Shown here piece after piece: positions 61,447-64,000 of a stretch of 64,000 nt of DNA (position 1 is the stretch's first letter; every line of letters starts with the position of its first letter). A program made the translations under genes and the position numbers. The stretch comes from an uncultured delta proteobacterium (GTDB lineage Bacteria; Desulfobacterota; Binatia; Binatales; Binataceae). The notes below the pieces were generated by a model. That model saw only the letters and a program-made list of their open reading frames with translations, was not told where the DNA came from and made no database searches. Where the stretch lies: assembly GCA_963850125.1 (NCBI GenBank), contig CAWKKB010000005.1:35807-99806 (forward strand), read 5' to 3'.

Positions 61447-62595
61447 TCAGGCGTGAGCCGCGTCCGGGCGCGTGGCGGGTTGTGCGGCCGTTATTCCGCC
61501 CGGTGTTTTCCACGAATGAATCTCGTCGAGCGCGTGACGGCCGATAAGCTCGATCGACTTCATAATCCGATCGTGCGGGATGCCGCCGTACTGCAGAAAA
61601 AATAGAACCTGGTCTGCCCCTAGCTCGCGGTAGCGACACGCGACGCGGACCGCTTCGTCAACCGCGCCGACCGCGATCAGGTCGCCGTCTTTCAGGAAAT
61701 CGTAATAGTCGGTGGTGAACTTGGCGGGATCGAACTTCGACGCGGTCTTCAGGTATTTGTACGACTCATCGGTCTGGCTTGCCGCCGCGACGCTGGATAC
61801 CAGCTCGAAACCCCGGCGCACGTACCACAACACCGCTTCGCGCGCGATATGCTCGGCCTCGTAGGGATCGTCGCCGACCAGACCCATGATGTTCATCGAG
61901 ACCTGGTTGTTTATCGTCTGTCCCACCGGCCGCGCGTTCTTGATTCCCTCGCGATAAATATTGATTCGCTCCGCCACTTGCGTGAGCTCGACGCCGAGGG
62001 TGAAGCACAGCACGCCCAGCCCGCGCTCCGCGGCGAGCTCGAAGGTGGTGGGATTGGTGGCAGCCACCCACATCGGAGGATGCGGTTTCTGAATCGGCTT
62101 GGGAATCACGGATACCGGCGGGTCGACGCTCCAGTACTTGCCGTGCATCGAGAAAGGATCCTCGCGCCACATCCGCGGGATCGCCTCGACTGCCTCGGCC
62201 CATCGCGGCCGCGTCTCCTCGGGACGAACGCCGAAGCCGAGCAGCTCATCCATCGTGGTCGCGCGCCCGGTGCCGAATTCGACGCGTCCGTCGGACATGA
62301 TATCGAGCGTCGCGATCCGCTCCGCCACATGCACCGGATGATTGAAGGGCAGCACCACGACCCCGTGCCCGACGCGAATCTTTTTTGTGCGCTGGGTGAC
62401 GCAGGCGAGGAAAACTTCGGGCGCCGAGCAGTAGGAGAATTCATTCAGGAAGTGATGCTCGACGGTCCACACCGAATCGAAACCGAGCCGATCGGCCAGC
62501 TCTATCTGCGCCATCGTTTCCCGGAACACGCGGTACTCATGATCGGCGGCGTGCGGCTTGACCGACTCGATTTCGTAGATGAGTCCCGCCTTCAC
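61447..62595 (-). CDS. LLM-class flavin-dependent oxidoreductase (second copy)
   Basis: Same motifs; GTG start overlapping the TetR stop (GTGA). Confidence 0.92.
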   Translation of the reverse strand: MKAGLIYEIESVKPHAADHEYRVFRETMAQIELADRLGFDSVWTVEHHFLNEFSYCSAPEVFLACVTQRTKKIRVGHGVVVLPFNHPVHVAERIATLDIMSDGRVEFGTGRATTMDELLGFGVRPEETRPRWAEAVEAIPRMWREDPFSMHGKYWSVDPPVSVIPKPIQKPHPPMWVAATNPTTFELAAERGLGVLCFTLGVELTQVAERINIYREGIKNARPVGQTINNQVSMNIMGLVGDDPYEAEHIAREAVLWYVRRGFELVSSVAAASQTDESYKYLKTASKFDPAKFTTDYYDFLKDGDLIAVGAVDEAVRVACRYRELGADQVLFFLQYGGIPHDRIMKSIELIGRHALDEIHSWKTPGGITAAQPATRPDAAHA

Positions 62596-63239
62596 TTTGT
62601 GACGCTCCACTGGCGCATGAACTCGCGCGCCTGCCGGCGTAGCGATCGGCGCAAATCGAAACGCGGGCCGTGCAGGTACCAGAGCATCGCGAGTCCCAGG
62701 TAGCTCGAGAAAATCTGCGTCGCGGCCCAACCCGGATCGAGTTCCGGGTCAAAAATTCCCAACCGCTGCCCGCGCTCGACCAGCTCGCGAAAACTCGCGA
62801 TGCCGTCCAGGTTTACCTTGCGCATCGAGCGCAGCACCCGCGGTCCAATCTTGTGCGACTCGAGCGCAATGATCAGCAGTAGCCGGCTGACCCACGGATT
62901 CTTCTCATTGAGCTCCGCGATCGTATCGAACAGCTGCCCGAACTCGGCGCGGAACTCGACCGCGTTGGTCGCGTGCGCGGATTTTTCGAATATAAGTTCC
63001 CATTCGCCCAGCACCTTGGCGACGACCGCGATGAAGAATTCTTCCTTGTCGGCGAAATGCCAATACAGCGCTCCCTTGGTGACGCCGGCGGCGCGCGCGA
63101 TTCGCGCCAGCGAGGTGCCGCGATATCCGTATGACGCGAAAAGATCCATCGCCGCGTCGATCAGCACCTGATCGAGCGAGCCGCGCCGGCGTGCTGGCGA
63201 TGGCGCCGGCGCCGCGTTTTTGCGAGCTGGTGAAATCAT
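62592..63239 (-). CDS. TetR/AcrR transcriptional regulator
   Basis: AAMDLF..YGYRGTSL..IA..AGVTKGALYWHF.DKE. Confidence 0.93.
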   Translation of the reverse strand: MISPARKNAAPAPSPARRRGSLDQVLIDAAMDLFASYGYRGTSLARIARAAGVTKGALYWHFADKEEFFIAVVAKVLGEWELIFEKSAHATNAVEFRAEFGQLFDTIAELNEKNPWVSRLLLIIALESHKIGPRVLRSMRKVNLDGIASFRELVERGQRLGIFDPELDPGWAATQIFSSYLGLAMLWYLHGPRFDLRRSLRRQAREFMRQWSVTK

Positions 63240-63412
63240 CTGAACGATCGGTATGGTGAGACACTGCGGGTGTCGCGGTCAAGTGCGAATTCAACGAGAC
63301 CAGCACCCACCAAAAATGGCTGCAATCAATTCGAGTCGACCAAGAGACGGAGATTACTCCGCCGAGAACGCGGCCGATGAGAAACGATCAGATGCGATCA
63401 GATGATCGCGTG

Positions 63413-63637
63413 TCAGTTCTGGCTGGAAGGCCCGCCGTCGGAACCTTTCATGTTGCGCTCGAGGCACCAGCGATCGATCACCTCGGCATTGAAACGCCAG
63501 TCGGTGCCAATCCTGAAGCCCGGCAACTCTCCGCGCCGGAGCAGCTTGTAGATCGTTGATGGATGCACACGGAGGTATTCGGACAATTCCTTGACCGTCA
63601 TCACGCGCGGCAAGCTATACTTTGCTTCATTTGCCAT
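63413..63637 (-). CDS. Excisionase-like (HTH_17/Xis) DNA-binding protein, paralog of 20579-20830
   Basis: MTVKELSEYLRVHPSTIYKLLRRGELPGFRIGTDWRF; GGGAG RBS. Confidence 0.88.
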   Translation of the reverse strand: MANEAKYSLPRVMTVKELSEYLRVHPSTIYKLLRRGELPGFRIGTDWRFNAEVIDRWCLERNMKGSDGGPSSQN

Positions 63638-63924
63638 GTTATCTCCCGGTAACGTAAGCCCCGTCACCCGCCTACTGCCTGGACTTGATGCTTTTTTTCG
63701 CATCGTTCGAATGATTCATCCGCCCCTTACGCCCACCATGAGTCTCTTTGAATGTCTCAAAATCATCGATGGGGGTCAAGAGCAGTCTAAGGGGATTTGC
63801 GATACTTTTCGCAGGTTGCTTCCCCTTTAATTCGTGTGAAATCACAATTTTCCGAAGAGAAATCGATACAAAATGCTTATCAAAGCTCTAAACTGCCTCT
63901 GCGAGCCCTGAAGAGATCATAAGT

Positions 63925-64000
63925 ATGAGTAATCTCCATCTACTCTCAATCGTGCTGATTTCTAGTTTATTTGCTTACGTCCGTCCCGCGCAAGCAGAAT
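63925..64000 (+). CDS. Possible N-terminus of a secreted protein (cut by window end)
   Basis: MSNLHLLSIVLISSLFAYVRPAQA-E looks like a signal peptide; only 25 codons visible. Confidence 0.35.
   Translation, partial: MSNLHLLSIVLISSLFAYVRPAQAE

Overview
High-GC bacterial chromosomal window with mostly core and metabolic genes. Gene content (many CoA-transferase, thiolase-like, MaoC, LLM and amidohydrolase genes, orphan Xis-like HTH genes, modular REP-like repeats) resembles Binatota/deltaproteobacteria-like soil bacteria; this is inference only. Contents: the end of a caa3-type oxidase operon with a fused subunit I/III, dapB, ispG, gltA, glnA, pgpA-cinA, cysQ-like, a MaoC/PHP/DUF35/thiolase-fold operon and a string of hydrolases. 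I saw no rRNA, tRNA, CRISPR array, integrase or intact transposase. Most notable: (1) a six-gene Psp/Lia-like envelope-stress operon (2TM-domain histidine kinase, sigma54 activator, ICMT-family methyltransferase, PspA, LiaF-like protein, lipoprotein) with a clear sigma54 -24/-12 box and a TGCA-N10 triple repeat upstream; (2) a PyrF paralog that keeps DxKxxD but has lost its phosphate-binding residues; (3) a decayed islet bounded by an intact and a pseudogenised higA copy, holding a patatin remnant; (4) a coupled HExxH mini-metalloprotease plus unknown gene pair; (5) several modular palindromic repeat families; (6) two single-base frameshifts in otherwise intact genes. All family calls come from motif recognition, not from database searches.
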